Below are positions 1 through 10,830 of a DNA stretch of 64,000 nt, piece by piece. The DNA comes from Clostridia bacterium. GTDB lineage: Bacteria > Bacillota > Clostridia > CAKSNL01 > HGM11501. A program made the position numbers and the translations under genes. The DNA is taken from the NCBI GenBank assembly GCA_045545475.1, contig JAZQAZ010000010.1, positions 1 through 64,000 on the forward strand, in the 5' to 3' direction. The notes under the pieces were generated by a model. It was given only the letters and a program-made list of their open reading frames with translations, was not told where the DNA came from and searched no databases. Positions within the stretch are counted from its first letter, which is position 1. Each line of letters starts with the position of its first letter.

Positions 1-5
1 GCGCA

Positions 6-113
6 GTTTTGGTTTAGGGATTTTTCGACTCAGAGAAGCATAAAAAATGCAGGTATACTGACGTATATCTGCATTTTTTTGCGCACTATCAGCGAAAAAT
101 AACAAGCCAAAAC
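6..113. repeat. Nested palindromic REP/MITE-like element (may extend past the window start)
   Basis: Inner arms aaaaaatgcaggtatac (42-58) / gtatatctgcatttttt (63-79); middle arms atttttcg (~20-27) / cgaaaaat (93-100); outer arms gttttggttt (6-15) / aagccaaaac (104-113). Confidence 0.5.
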
Positions 114-156
114 CGGTTTCTCCCTAAGGAGTACCGCCCAATGGCGACTTATTTTT

Positions 157-1074
157 TTATTTGAAAAGCATCATTAAAAGACCGGAACAGCCTGTTATCA
201 CAATTGCTATAAGGCCTATTAAAATTCCTGTAATTTGAACTTTGTTAAGTTTTTCTGAGAAGAAAAGCTTTCCTGTAATGGTGGAGAGAATAACCATTGC
301 ACCGTTTGAAACAGGGAAGAAGACAGCACTCGGAATAACTGCCGACAATGAAAGGTTTAACCTTATATAAACACAACTTACAATTCCGCAAAGAACTATG
401 TACAGAAATGCACTTTTCCTGATTTTAGGAAGCTTTTTCCTGCTGAATAAGTTTACGAAAATTCCAAAAACAAAAAAGAGAATTGCCGATACTATGGATG
501 CTGTAAGCATCATTCCGTTGTATTCTCCTGCGGCATCTGATGCGGCGAATACTTTATAAATTATTCCCACAGCACCTCCTGCCAGGAAAAAGAGGAATGA
601 GTAAATAAACCATTTTAAGGTTAATTTTTCTCCACTCTTTTTTGGATTAACGCAAAGCAGTAGGGAAATAAAAAGTAAAACCTGCCCTGCAATCTGAAAA
701 GGACTTATATCTTCGGGAACATAGAAAACCCCAAACCATGTGGCGATTACAAAGGCACAGCTTCCTATTAAAGTGGAGAGGGATACAGGCCCTTCAGCCA
801 TGGAACGCATCTTGAAAAAGAGAAATGTGCATAAAATAACACCGTATATAACTCCGAAAATAAGGGCGGTGTGAGAAATTGAAGTGCCGCCTTCAATGAA
901 AAACCAAAGCGATAAAATTATAGTCCAGATTATGCTTATGCCGCCGTTAAAGAAGAATAAATCTCCGGGCGTTTCCATATCTTTATTTCCGAATTTATGC
1001 AAAAGACAGGCGTTTATTACTGAAAACAAAATGGATAGTGCCATTAATGGATAGGCGATAGTAAGTGTCATCAT
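157..1074 (-). CDS. EamA/DMT family transporter
   Basis: 305 aa, about 10 hydrophobic helices in two repeats; C-terminal FFSEKLNKVQITGILIG is typical of EamA. Confidence 0.8.
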   Translation of the reverse strand: MMTLTIAYPLMALSILFSVINACLLHKFGNKDMETPGDLFFFNGGISIIWTIILSLWFFIEGGTSISHTALIFGVIYGVILCTFLFFKMRSMAEGPVSLSTLIGSCAFVIATWFGVFYVPEDISPFQIAGQVLLFISLLLCVNPKKSGEKLTLKWFIYSFLFFLAGGAVGIIYKVFAASDAAGEYNGMMLTASIVSAILFFVFGIFVNLFSRKKLPKIRKSAFLYIVLCGIVSCVYIRLNLSLSAVIPSAVFFPVSNGAMVILSTITGKLFFSEKLNKVQITGILIGLIAIVITGCSGLLMMLFK

Positions 1075-1076
1075 AA

Positions 1077-1916
1077 TTACTCCTTATTTTTTTCGTATTT
1101 TTGTTCACGGTATTTTCCCGGGGTTATTCCGTAGTGAGTTGTGAATACTTTTGTGAAATGAGAGGTGTCATAAAAGCCTGATGAGAGAGCAATATCGTGA
1201 AGGTTAAGGCTTTCATGCTCCATCATGGCTATGGCACGTTCTAAACGGTAGTTTGTAAGATATTTCGTTGGGGATATTTTGATATTTTTTAAGAAAAGTC
1301 TGTAAAGATAGGTTCTGTCTATCCCCACAAACGAAGCTATATCGGTTATAGTAATATTATAAGGATAGTTGTCTTCTATATAAGATATTGCCTTTTGTAC
1401 ATAGTGCTCGGGAAGATAGAAGTCTCCCTTTTTTTCTGTGTTGGCTTTGATCAATCGGCTCATAATCAAAAGAAAATACCCTGTAACGTCATAGCCTTTT
1501 GCACCCTGCTTTTCATTGCAACGGAGCATAGAGTGTAAATCGCTTACCATATCATCTGATAAGTCAAAGTTAAAGGTTACATTTGTGTTATTCAGACCTG
1601 CATAGTGAGCGATTGCCGCATCATCCGGTCCTGAAAAGTTAGCGTAGATGTATTTCCAGGGTTCGTTATCGTCTGCAACGTAGGATGCCGGTAAATCAGG
1701 GATAATCATAAAGCCTTCTCCGGCGGAGATGGGGTAGTCCTTTCCGTTTACGTTATAAATTCCCTTGCCCTCTAAAACAAAGTGAGCGGAATAGTGACCG
1801 TATATTCTGGCATAAGCACGATGGCCGGGGTCGCATATGGTGAGACCGCACTCGGTAACCGCCAGACTTTGATTGGGCAATCTTGAAAAATAATTTCTTT
1901 TTCCTGAATAGCTCAT
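1077..1916 (-). CDS. AraC family transcriptional regulator
   Basis: N-terminal cupin (HFVLEGKG) and C-terminal double HTH (IASFVGIDRTYLYRLF...SGFYDTSHFTKVF...PGKYR). Confidence 0.92.
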   Translation of the reverse strand: MSYSGKRNYFSRLPNQSLAVTECGLTICDPGHRAYARIYGHYSAHFVLEGKGIYNVNGKDYPISAGEGFMIIPDLPASYVADDNEPWKYIYANFSGPDDAAIAHYAGLNNTNVTFNFDLSDDMVSDLHSMLRCNEKQGAKGYDVTGYFLLIMSRLIKANTEKKGDFYLPEHYVQKAISYIEDNYPYNITITDIASFVGIDRTYLYRLFLKNIKISPTKYLTNYRLERAIAMMEHESLNLHDIALSSGFYDTSHFTKVFTTHYGITPGKYREQKYEKNKE

Positions 1917-2090
1917 AATTTTCTTCCTTTGTAAAATATTACAATTAGAATAATAACATTTTATTGATGTTTTGGCAATGGTAAAAAATAAAAAAGCAAC
2001 AAATTTACAAAAAAATAATCACACACGTACATTACATAATTGAAAAAATGTGCTATAATCGAATTAAAGATAATGAAAGGGATGGTAAAA

Positions 2091-3353
2091 ATGAGAGAGA
2101 AATTAAGAATAGCTTTCGTCGGATGCGGACAGTTCTGCAGAAACTTCGTGCCGCTTTTCAAGGCACATCCTGCTGTTGAGTTTGTTGCTGTGTGTGACAA
2201 ATTCCCCGAAAGAGCAAAAAACTTTAAAGAGTGGTACGGTGCAGATATGATTTTCGACAGCTTTGATGATGTTATCGCATCAAGCGAAATCAATGCTGTT
2301 GCTATCTTTACACAGAGAGACTTACACGGTGTAATGGCAATTGCAGCGTTAAAGGCAGGAAAGCACGTTTATTCCGCAGTTCCTATGGCACTCAAAACAG
2401 AGGAAATTCAGGAAATCGTTCGTCTTGTAAAAGAAACAGGTCTTACATATATGATGGGCGAAACCGGCATTTACCGTCCTGCTTCAATTTTCTGCCGTCA
2501 GAAATATGCGACAGGCGAAATGGGAGAAATGGTATACGCTGAGGCGCAGTATAACCATGATATGAAGAGACTTTATGATGTATTCAAGTACACTGAAGGT
2601 GACAAGTGGAAGATGATGGCAGGTCTTCCTCCCATGTTATATCCCACACACTCAACTTCTATGGTGCTTTCTGCGGCAAAGGCTCATGCACTTAAGGTTG
2701 CGGCTTTCGGTTATGAGGATAAAATGGATACCGATATATTCGGAGAGGGTATGAACTACTGGGATAATCCTTTCTCAAATACAGCAATGCTTCTTAAACT
2801 CAGCAACAACGCTGTTATAAGAATCAGCGAAAACCGTCGTGTTGCATGGCATTTCCCGGAGACCTATATCACCAGTTTCAACTGTACAAAGGCTTCCTAT
2901 GAATGTTCCTTGGTTCAGCACTCCTATCTTAAAATGAACGAAAAGGGGCTTGTTGATTACGAGGATGTCAGCGATTTACTTAATCCTATGGAGCTTACAC
3001 CCCATAAAAACGACCCCGATTTCTTAAAGAAGGTTGTAAACGGTACATGGTGCAATACAGAAGCACCCATTCAGGCTATTACAAGACTTCCTAAGGAGTT
3101 TGACGGACTTGGTACAGGCCACGCCGGAACTCATAAATTTATGGTTGACGATTTCTGCCAGGCTTATATGTCAGGTAAGCTTTCACCCACAAATGCATGG
3201 CAGGCGGCCAGATATAATCTTCCCGGCCTTACTGCACATAAGAGTGCAATGGAAGGCGGCATAACTCTTGATGTCCCCGATTGCGGAGACACACCTGAAG
3301 GAATGGAAGTTCTTTCTGCAGACAGAATAGTAAATGAGGTGGATTACAGATAA
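2091..3353 (+). CDS. Gfo/Idh/MocA family oxidoreductase
   Basis: LRIAFVGCG Rossmann motif and ALKAGKHVYSAVP; start placed at ATG 2091 after a purine-rich RBS. Confidence 0.85.
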   Translation: MREKLRIAFVGCGQFCRNFVPLFKAHPAVEFVAVCDKFPERAKNFKEWYGADMIFDSFDDVIASSEINAVAIFTQRDLHGVMAIAALKAGKHVYSAVPMALKTEEIQEIVRLVKETGLTYMMGETGIYRPASIFCRQKYATGEMGEMVYAEAQYNHDMKRLYDVFKYTEGDKWKMMAGLPPMLYPTHSTSMVLSAAKAHALKVAAFGYEDKMDTDIFGEGMNYWDNPFSNTAMLLKLSNNAVIRISENRRVAWHFPETYITSFNCTKASYECSLVQHSYLKMNEKGLVDYEDVSDLLNPMELTPHKNDPDFLKKVVNGTWCNTEAPIQAITRLPKEFDGLGTGHAGTHKFMVDDFCQAYMSGKLSPTNAWQAARYNLPGLTAHKSAMEGGITLDVPDCGDTPEGMEVLSADRIVNEVDYR

Positions 3354-3871
3354 TGGGAGCATTACCACAGCTTTTTATGAGACAGCCTGATATCACTCAT
3401 CTTCCTCCTTTGGCACTCCCCGAGGGATTTTCATTTCACAGCCACATAGAGGGACAGGATAAAAACTGGGAAGAATTGATTGAAAAGGCTTTCGGTACTC
3501 ATTTTTCCTTTAATGATTTTATAGTAAACGGCGGGGGATACAAGCCGGAATACGTTCTTTATATAGCGAAAGACGGCGTGGATATAGCAACAGCCACAGC
3601 TGTAGAAAAGGATATTTTTCCCGGAGAAGGCTGGTTCCGTATGATTGGAACAGCACCTGAAGCTAGAGGCCTGGGAGCAGGAAAACTTGTTTGCCTTGCA
3701 GCACTACACTCTCTTGCCGCAAGAGGATATAAGAGTGTTGTATTATCAACAGACGATGCAAGAATCCCTGCGATAAAGCTTTACCTTTCTCTTGGCTTTG
3801 AACCGATATTTACTCACGAAAGCCACGAAGAGCGTTGGAAGAATGTTTTTGAAAAAATAAATGCTAAATAA
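3353..3871 (+). CDS. GNAT family N-acetyltransferase
   Basis: PEARGLGAG acetyl-CoA motif and AIKLYLSLGF; TAATG coupling to the upstream gene. Confidence 0.88.
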   Translation: MGALPQLFMRQPDITHLPPLALPEGFSFHSHIEGQDKNWEELIEKAFGTHFSFNDFIVNGGGYKPEYVLYIAKDGVDIATATAVEKDIFPGEGWFRMIGTAPEARGLGAGKLVCLAALHSLAARGYKSVVLSTDDARIPAIKLYLSLGFEPIFTHESHEERWKNVFEKINAK

Positions 3872-3907
3872 AAAAGAAACCCGAAAATTTTTCGGGTTTC
3901 TTTTTTT
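3870..3907. terminator. Bidirectional intrinsic terminator
   Basis: aaaaagaaacccgaaaa / ttttcgggtttcttttt hairpin between convergent genes. Confidence 0.85.
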
Positions 3908-5237
3908 AGTTAGCTGAAGCAGGTTTATCCTCCTGAAGCTTCAGGCTGAAACTCTTCTCGTCACCTTCACGGTTAACCGTAAGCTTAATGGTGTCGCCTG
4001 CCTTATAGGTATTGCGTTTTGCAATAAACTCGGAGGAGGAGGTCACCTTTTCGTCGTTGAAGGCGATTATTATGTCTCCGATTTCAATGCCTGCAATATC
4101 AGCACTTCCGCCTTCTATAACATCGTTGACAAAAAGTCCGTAATTAACGGGAAGGCTATAATAGTAAGCAATCTGAGGTGTGATTTCCACAATACTTACG
4201 CCTATTGCCGGTCTTCCGTGAACATAACCGTCGGACACAAGGTCTTCGATAATACTCTTTACATCGTCAATGGGGATGGCAAAACCTAATCCTTCTACAC
4301 CATCGGATGAAATTTTAACAGAGTTTATGCCGATTACTTCGCCACGGTTGTTAACAAGAGCTCCGCCTGAGTTACCTGAGTTTATAGCAGCATCTGTCTG
4401 TATAAGGTTATAGGTGGTTCCTTCTACGGTGAGTTTTCTGTTAACTGCACTTACTATTCCGTGTGTAACGCTGCCGGCAAGGGTAAGTCCCAAGGGGTTT
4501 CCTATTGCAAGAACTTCATCTCCGACCTGGATAGTGGAAGAGTTTCCTATTGTAGCGGCTTTTAAGTCGTGTCCCTGGGGGTCTACCTTTATTACAGCCA
4601 TATCGGTTTCGGGATCTGAACCGACTAAAGTGGCTTCAAGCTCATCGCCGGATGAAAGTGTAATTTTCAACTTGTTGGCATCTGAAATTACATGATTGTT
4701 TGTAACTATATAGCCGTCTTTGCTGATGATTATTCCGCTTCCTGTAGATTGCAATGTGTTTATATTAAGAAAGCTGTTGGGAGAATAGCTCATGTTAGAG
4801 ATACCTACAATTGATGGACTGACGAGAGCTGAAATTTGCTGACGTGAAAGGGCAGGTCCATCTGATTGAGCATCATCATTATCGAGAGCAAGACCGGGAG
4901 CTGCACCGGGAATGTTTAAGGCTGAGCCTGCTTCTTTTACACCGTCTAAAATATATTTCATTATCATGTTTCTGGAAGCATATAAACCGCCTCCGAAAAT
5001 GATGCACATAATAAATGCGGTAAGAACGGCAATGGCTAAAGGTCGTTCGGGAAATTTCTTCTTCGGCTTCTTTGGCTTTGTTATTTTCTCTGTGTATATA
5101 GGAGTGGGGGCGGGATTTCCTTCTTCTGAAACATCAGAAAATATTTCTTCGGAAGTTTCGGAAGGTGTGGGGGATTCAGTTTCCTTTTTTGGTTTTTCGG
5201 AGTTATTGAGTTCTTCAAAAAAATTATTGTTATCCAT
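3906..5237 (-). CDS. htrA: HtrA/DegP family membrane serine protease with PDZ domain
   Basis: Single TM helix; TNNHV, DMAV and GNSGG catalytic motifs; C-terminal PDZ. Confidence 0.92.
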   Translation of the reverse strand: MDNNNFFEELNNSEKPKKETESPTPSETSEEIFSDVSEEGNPAPTPIYTEKITKPKKPKKKFPERPLAIAVLTAFIMCIIFGGGLYASRNMIMKYILDGVKEAGSALNIPGAAPGLALDNDDAQSDGPALSRQQISALVSPSIVGISNMSYSPNSFLNINTLQSTGSGIIISKDGYIVTNNHVISDANKLKITLSSGDELEATLVGSDPETDMAVIKVDPQGHDLKAATIGNSSTIQVGDEVLAIGNPLGLTLAGSVTHGIVSAVNRKLTVEGTTYNLIQTDAAINSGNSGGALVNNRGEVIGINSVKISSDGVEGLGFAIPIDDVKSIIEDLVSDGYVHGRPAIGVSIVEITPQIAYYYSLPVNYGLFVNDVIEGGSADIAGIEIGDIIIAFNDEKVTSSSEFIAKRNTYKAGDTIKLTVNREGDEKSFSLKLQEDKPASAN

Positions 5238-5313
5238 AAAAATGCTCCTTTCATATACCTTTATGATAACATATATTTATTAATTTTATATTAATAAAGT
5301 GTAAAAATGCATT

Positions 5314-6924
5314 TTATTTGTGAATATTTCTTGAAAGTGTCAGTGTAAATGTAAATCTGGTGAATTCACCTTCGGTACTGGTAACGGTTATGTTTTCTCC
5401 ATGCAATGAAAGAATGTTTTTGACAAGATAAAGTCCAAGACCAATTCCCTTTTTATCAAGACCGCGGGATTTATCGGTTTTATAAAACTTGTCAAATATA
5501 TGTTTCAGCTCGCTTTTCGGAATGCCTTCACCATTATTTTCAATACTTACATAAGCTTTTCCCGAGCGGGTTGAAACCGAAATTTTTATAAAACCTTCTA
5601 CGGCCGCAAATTTAATTGCATTGTCCAAAAGATTTATAATAACTCTGGTTATTGAGTCCTTATCGCAAAAACAAATGCAATCTTCTTCTTCAAATTCAAC
5701 CGTAATGTCAAGCCTTTTTTCTGCGATTCTGTCCTGGTATTTTATTATCTGTCGTCTTATACATTCGTTGATGTCAAAATAATCCATTTCAAGCTTTGCA
5801 TTTCCGCTTTCAATTCTGGAAACGTCTAAAAGTTCAGTGGTGAGTTTTGAAAGCCTGCGTGCTTCGGACAAACATATTTTAAGATATTCTTCGGATTGTT
5901 CCTTGGGGATTGTTCCGTCCAGTATGCTGTCGATAAATCCGATGATGGAAGTCATGGGAGTTCTGAGCTCATGGGCAATGCTTGCGGTGAACGCACGTTG
6001 GTTTTCCTCGGAATTCTCAATGGATTCTGCCATGTCGTTAAATGTTGATATAAGCTCTTGTATCTCTCCGATATTGTTATCATCGGCACTAACCCTTTTA
6101 CTGAAATCTCCCGATGCAAGCTTCATGGCCGCTTCATTCATCGCCTTTAACGGCTTCGCTATTCTGTAGGTCAGGGCGTAGGATAAAACCACAGATATGA
6201 GAAGAGAGATTATTGCGGCTAAGATAAAGTTTGATGCTACAACATTAAGCAAAAATCTTATCTGCGGAGTGGGGATGAATAAAATCAGCATGGAACTTAT
6301 ATTACCGTTTTCGTACAGAGGCTTCATAACCGTAAGGGTTGTGGTTGTAAACATGCTGTCCATGTTTCCCCAATGAACGAAATAATCTTCTCCGTTATAA
6401 GATACCTTGGAAATTGACTGCGGAAAATCTCCCGACAGCATTTTTGAAAATGTATCTGAAGCTTTTATATATTCTGTTTGTCTTCCGCTTTTTTGATTTT
6501 CCTTGGAAAATATAACTCCTTCGCTGAAATTTCGGATATCCGCATAGCGAAATAATATTTTTTTATCGGGAGTTATCTGCATAACGGAAAAATCGGTACT
6601 TGATGATATTACAGACAAAGTATTTCTGTAATTATCTTCTATCTGTCCGATTAGTTTTTTATAATTATAATGTATATCGGGATTTTCCTTTTGTATGATT
6701 TCAAGCTCTTTATATAGCTCATCGGTGCGTTTGGAAAGATCCACGACCTTTGATGATGCTGTGAGAATGGAGGACACATGTTCTGACCTTAAATATGAAT
6801 TTATTCTTGCATAACATATCACAGACATGATGATGAAAGCTATTAATATTATGAGCAGATTTATCGAGAAAATTTTAAGAAAAAGGCTTTTTTTTCTTTT
6901 GGCTGAAGGGCGTTTGACACTCAT
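5314..6924 (-). CDS. HAMP-domain sensor histidine kinase
   Basis: Two TM helices, HAMP, AHELRTP H-box, NLLDNAIKF N-box, GIGLGL G-box. Confidence 0.93.
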   Translation of the reverse strand: MSVKRPSAKRKKSLFLKIFSINLLIILIAFIIMSVICYARINSYLRSEHVSSILTASSKVVDLSKRTDELYKELEIIQKENPDIHYNYKKLIGQIEDNYRNTLSVISSSTDFSVMQITPDKKILFRYADIRNFSEGVIFSKENQKSGRQTEYIKASDTFSKMLSGDFPQSISKVSYNGEDYFVHWGNMDSMFTTTTLTVMKPLYENGNISSMLILFIPTPQIRFLLNVVASNFILAAIISLLISVVLSYALTYRIAKPLKAMNEAAMKLASGDFSKRVSADDNNIGEIQELISTFNDMAESIENSEENQRAFTASIAHELRTPMTSIIGFIDSILDGTIPKEQSEEYLKICLSEARRLSKLTTELLDVSRIESGNAKLEMDYFDINECIRRQIIKYQDRIAEKRLDITVEFEEEDCICFCDKDSITRVIINLLDNAIKFAAVEGFIKISVSTRSGKAYVSIENNGEGIPKSELKHIFDKFYKTDKSRGLDKKGIGLGLYLVKNILSLHGENITVTSTEGEFTRFTFTLTLSRNIHK

Positions 6925-7619
6925 TTTTCGTAAACCTCAAAAATATAACCTACACAGTGCTTTGTCTTAAGCATCCAGGCTTCGTCATGAGAATTGCCAA
7001 GCTTTTCGCGAAGTCTCTTAACGTGTACGTCGATGGTTCTTGATTCTCCGCCATATTCAAAACCCCATACTTTTTCAAGTAACTGCTCTCTGGTGAATAC
7101 GACATTTTTGTTTGAAGCAAGAAAGTATAAAAGTTCAAGTTCTCTGGCGGGAGTATCTATGGATACTCCGTCTACCTTGAGGTCATAATTTGAGATGTTA
7201 ATTTCAAGACCGGGGAAAGATAAAATATCGGAAGATATTTTTCCGTCTGCATTTGAGCTTCGGCGCATAACCGCACGCACTCTTGCTATAAGCTCTTTTG
7301 TTTCAAAAGGCTTTACCATGTAGTCATCTGCACCCAGTTCCAGTCCTAAAACCTTATCGAAGGTGTCGCCCTTGGCTGTAAGCATTATTATCGGAACATT
7401 GCTCACTTTTCTTATTTCCTTGCATACCTCGATCCCGTCAATTTTAGGAAGCATGAGATCAAGGATTATAAGGCAGGGTTCCTCCGTACGGAATTTTTTG
7501 AGTGCATCTTCTCCGTCATAGGAAATTGCAGTAGTGAAGCCTTCCTTTACGAGATGGAGGCGTAAAAGCTCACAAATATTTGCATCATCGTCAACAATTA
7601 AAATTTTGTTTTTATCCAT
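6921..7619 (-). CDS. OmpR/PhoB family response regulator
   Basis: ILIVDDD, LDLMLP, GADDYMVKPF receiver motifs; wHTH with RTIDVHVKRLREKL. Confidence 0.95.
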   Translation of the reverse strand: MDKNKILIVDDDANICELLRLHLVKEGFTTAISYDGEDALKKFRTEEPCLIILDLMLPKIDGIEVCKEIRKVSNVPIIMLTAKGDTFDKVLGLELGADDYMVKPFETKELIARVRAVMRRSSNADGKISSDILSFPGLEINISNYDLKVDGVSIDTPARELELLYFLASNKNVVFTREQLLEKVWGFEYGGESRTIDVHVKRLREKLGNSHDEAWMLKTKHCVGYIFEVYEK

Positions 7620-7776
7620 AATAACTCCTCATTTTATATTATGATTAGAGTATAGCACAACTTTTACAAAAAGAAAATCATAATTTTGGTTTTTTACAAA
7701 AAATTTACATCTTGCACTATAGAGAAAAATGAGTTATAATAAATAGGATAATACATTAAAGGAAGGATTGCTTTTT

Positions 7777-8871
7777 ATGAAAATGGGTATAGTTGGTCTT
7801 CCCAATGTGGGAAAGAGCACACTTTTTAATGCAATAACAAAGGCGGGAGCGGAGTCCGCGAACTATCCCTTCTGTACGATAGAGCCGAATGTCGGTGTTG
7901 TGGGTGTTCCGGATTACAGAATGGATGTTTTATCCGAGATGTACAATCCCGAAAAATACACTCAAGCGGTTGTTGAATTCGTTGATATTGCAGGTCTTGT
8001 AAAGGGAGCATCAAAGGGCGAAGGACTTGGAAACAAATTCCTTTCTCATATTCGTGAGGTTGATGCGATAATTCACGTTGTACGTTGTTTTGAAGATCCT
8101 GATGTTGTACACGTTGACGGCTCGGTTGATCCCATGAGAGATATTGAGACAATAAACCTGGAGCTGATTTTTTCCGACATTGAAATGGTGGAAAGAAGAA
8201 TAGACAAGGCAACAAAGATGCTTAAGGGAGACAAAAGCTATCAGGCAGAAATTGATGTTCTGAATAAAATAAAGGATACTCTTGAGGAAGGTAAGCCTGC
8301 AAGAAGTGCGGATCTTTCCGATGACGAGAAAGAAATTCTTAATACAATGGATCTGCTTACGGCAAAGCCTGTTCTTTATGCGGCAAATGTGGCAGAGGAT
8401 GAGCTTTCAAGTGAAGGCAAGGGAAATGTATATCTTGAAAGCCTTAAGGCTCTTGCAGAAAAAGAGGGTAGCGAGGTTCTCCCCGTATCAGCTAAAATCG
8501 AAGAAGAAATCAGCCAGCTTGACGCAGAAGATAAGGAACTGTTCCTGGAGGAATTCGGAATAACCGAATCCGGACTTGACAGACTTGTTAAAAAGAGCTA
8601 TAAGCTTCTTGGTCTTATAAGCTATCTTACCGCAGGCCCCAAGGAAGTAAGAGCGTGGACGATTAAACGTGGAACAAAGGCACCTCAGGCGGCAGGTAAA
8701 ATCCATTCTGACTTTGAGCGTGGATTTATCCGTGCTGAGGTTGTGGCATTTTCTGACCTTCAAGCTTGCGGAACAATGGCGGCAGCAAAAGAAAAAGGCT
8801 TAGTCAGAAGCGAAGGTAAAGAGTATGTTATGCAGGACGGAGACGTTGTTGTTTTCCGCTTTAATGTATAA
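7777..8871 (+). CDS. ychF: Ribosome-binding ATPase YchF
   Basis: GIVGLPNVGKST, NYPFCTIEPN, DIAGLVKGASKGEGLGNKFL; ends with YVMQDGDVVVFRFNV. Confidence 0.97.
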   Translation: MKMGIVGLPNVGKSTLFNAITKAGAESANYPFCTIEPNVGVVGVPDYRMDVLSEMYNPEKYTQAVVEFVDIAGLVKGASKGEGLGNKFLSHIREVDAIIHVVRCFEDPDVVHVDGSVDPMRDIETINLELIFSDIEMVERRIDKATKMLKGDKSYQAEIDVLNKIKDTLEEGKPARSADLSDDEKEILNTMDLLTAKPVLYAANVAEDELSSEGKGNVYLESLKALAEKEGSEVLPVSAKIEEEISQLDAEDKELFLEEFGITESGLDRLVKKSYKLLGLISYLTAGPKEVRAWTIKRGTKAPQAAGKIHSDFERGFIRAEVVAFSDLQACGTMAAAKEKGLVRSEGKEYVMQDGDVVVFRFNV

Positions 8872-9551
8872 TGGAATATAAAAACATTGTAAAGGGTACT
8901 TTTTTATCCCGTCCCAATCGCTTTATCGCAAAGGTTATTATCGATGGGAAAGAGGAGCTTTGTCACGTTAAAAATACCGGAAGGTGCAGAGAGATACTTA
9001 AAGAAGGAACAACTTTATATCTTGAAAAATCGGACAATCTTCAAAGGAAAACACTTTATGATCTTGTGTCAGCGGTAAAGGATGGGAAAATCTTTAATAT
9101 AGACAGTCAGGCACCAAATAAAGTTGTGGCTGAATGGATAGAAAAAGGCGGACTTCTTGATGGGGTAACCTACCTTAAAAGCGAGTGTACATATAAAAAA
9201 TCAAGATTTGATTTTTACGCCGAAACAAAAAGCGGAAAGGCTTTTATTGAGGTAAAGGGAGTAACACTTGAAAAGGACGGCGTATTTATGTTTCCCGATG
9301 CACCTACAACAAGGGGAGTCAGGCACCTTATAGAGCTTTCAGAGTGTGTCAAGGAAGGTTTTTTAGCCTATGTCGTTTTTGTTATACAGGCAGATAGCGC
9401 AAAGTATCTTACTCCGAATAAGGAAGCAGACGAAGCATTTTACAACGCTTTAAAAAGAGCGAAAGACTGTGGAGTTAAGCTTGTAGCAGTCACATGTAGT
9501 GTGACTGAAAGCACACTTTATATCAAGGATGAAACAGATGTTATATTATAA
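8871..9551 (+). CDS. sfsA: DNA/RNA nuclease SfsA
   Basis: RPNRFIA, HVKNTGR, SRFDF, EVKGVTL, FPDAPTTRGVRHL. Confidence 0.93.
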   Translation: MEYKNIVKGTFLSRPNRFIAKVIIDGKEELCHVKNTGRCREILKEGTTLYLEKSDNLQRKTLYDLVSAVKDGKIFNIDSQAPNKVVAEWIEKGGLLDGVTYLKSECTYKKSRFDFYAETKSGKAFIEVKGVTLEKDGVFMFPDAPTTRGVRHLIELSECVKEGFLAYVVFVIQADSAKYLTPNKEADEAFYNALKRAKDCGVKLVAVTCSVTESTLYIKDETDVIL

Positions 9552-9564
9552 GTGAGGTTTTTTT

Positions 9565-10779
9565 ATGAAAAAGCTTTTCGCATTGATTTTGATTGCTGTA
9601 ATGCTATTTATGACCTGCAGGGCAGCGGTGGTTGAGGTGAATATCGGCGGGATACGTGTGAACAGTGTGAGAGACGGAGAAATAAAAACTATCCTGCTTG
9701 AAGAAGTTCCCTTTGTGAACGAAAGCGGAAGAACTATGGTTCCGGTCCGTGCAATTTCCGAGTCTTTCGGAGCTTCTGTGTCATGGGACGGCGAAAAGCA
9801 GGAAGTAAAGATTGTAAACGGAGATAATACCATTATTCTTTACATTGACAGCAATAAGGCTCTTTTTAACGGAAAGGAAATTTTACTTGATTCAGCTCCC
9901 GTTATAAAAGGTGGCAGAACCTTTGTGCCGCTCCGTTTTATCGGGGAATCTTTCGGCTACAACATAAACTATGTGGCAACAACAAAACAGATAATAATTG
10001 ACGATACTCCGATAGTTCTTAAAGCGGGAAATGCAGTGTTTACCTTTGCGGAGCTTGAAGCTTTATACAGCATTTATTATCAGACAAGTGCTTCAGCTGC
10101 AAAAACATCCGATGCAAGCGATGAAGAACATAAGGCATATGCATTGACAACCGCTCTTGAAACTGCGGAATTGATAGTGCAGGCATTGGATACCTTCCCG
10201 GAAGCTGCACTGGATGAAGACGATATTACGAGCATAAAGGAAAGTATCGAATATGACAATGCGTATATTTCTTTGCCTCTTGAGGGACTTTCTGCTCTTA
10301 TGCATGAAAAACTTTATTATTCCACCAGCTTGCCTGCTGTTTATACAATAGCGAAAAGCGAAGCTGTAAAAGACTTTTATTCAAAAAATTATGTTTGTGC
10401 AAAGCATATTCTGGTTGAAGACAGTGATACTGCGGATAAAGTTATGGAAATGCTTTCAGAGGGTGCAGATTTCGATATGCTCGTAACAGAATACGGTAAA
10501 GACCCCGGGATGGAGAGTAATAAGGACGGATATGTGTTTACATATAACGAAATGGTAAAGCCCTTTGAAGAGGCGGCATTTGCACTTTCTGTAGGAGCGA
10601 TAAGTGAGCCTGTTTCCAGTGAATATGGCTTTCATATCATAAAGAGAGAGGCTCTTCCCGAAATTACAGAGACAATCGGATATACTATTGCAAAAGACAT
10701 TTGCATTGAAAGAGCAACTGAGGCAAAGGAGCCTGAATACCTTATTTCTACGGAAGAACTGCTTGAAATGCTTGGATAA
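9565..10779 (+). CDS. Secreted stalk (Cu-amine-oxidase N-terminal-like) domain protein with parvulin-type PPIase (PrsA-like)
   Basis: Signal peptide; GRTMVPVRAISE and GRTFVPLRFIGE stalk repeats; AKHILV...MVKPFEEAAF...SEYGFHIIK rotamase motifs. Confidence 0.82.
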   Translation: MKKLFALILIAVMLFMTCRAAVVEVNIGGIRVNSVRDGEIKTILLEEVPFVNESGRTMVPVRAISESFGASVSWDGEKQEVKIVNGDNTIILYIDSNKALFNGKEILLDSAPVIKGGRTFVPLRFIGESFGYNINYVATTKQIIIDDTPIVLKAGNAVFTFAELEALYSIYYQTSASAAKTSDASDEEHKAYALTTALETAELIVQALDTFPEAALDEDDITSIKESIEYDNAYISLPLEGLSALMHEKLYYSTSLPAVYTIAKSEAVKDFYSKNYVCAKHILVEDSDTADKVMEMLSEGADFDMLVTEYGKDPGMESNKDGYVFTYNEMVKPFEEAAFALSVGAISEPVSSEYGFHIIKREALPEITETIGYTIAKDICIERATEAKEPEYLISTEELLEMLG

Positions 10780-10782
10780 TAT

Positions 10783-10815
10783 AATGGGGAGCTGTTTTAT
10801 GCAGCTCCCCTTATT
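10783..10815 (+). terminator. Putative intrinsic terminator
   Basis: ggggagctg-ttttatg-cagctcccc followed by ttatt. Confidence 0.6.
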
Positions 10816-10830
10816 AGAAGGAGTGAAGAT

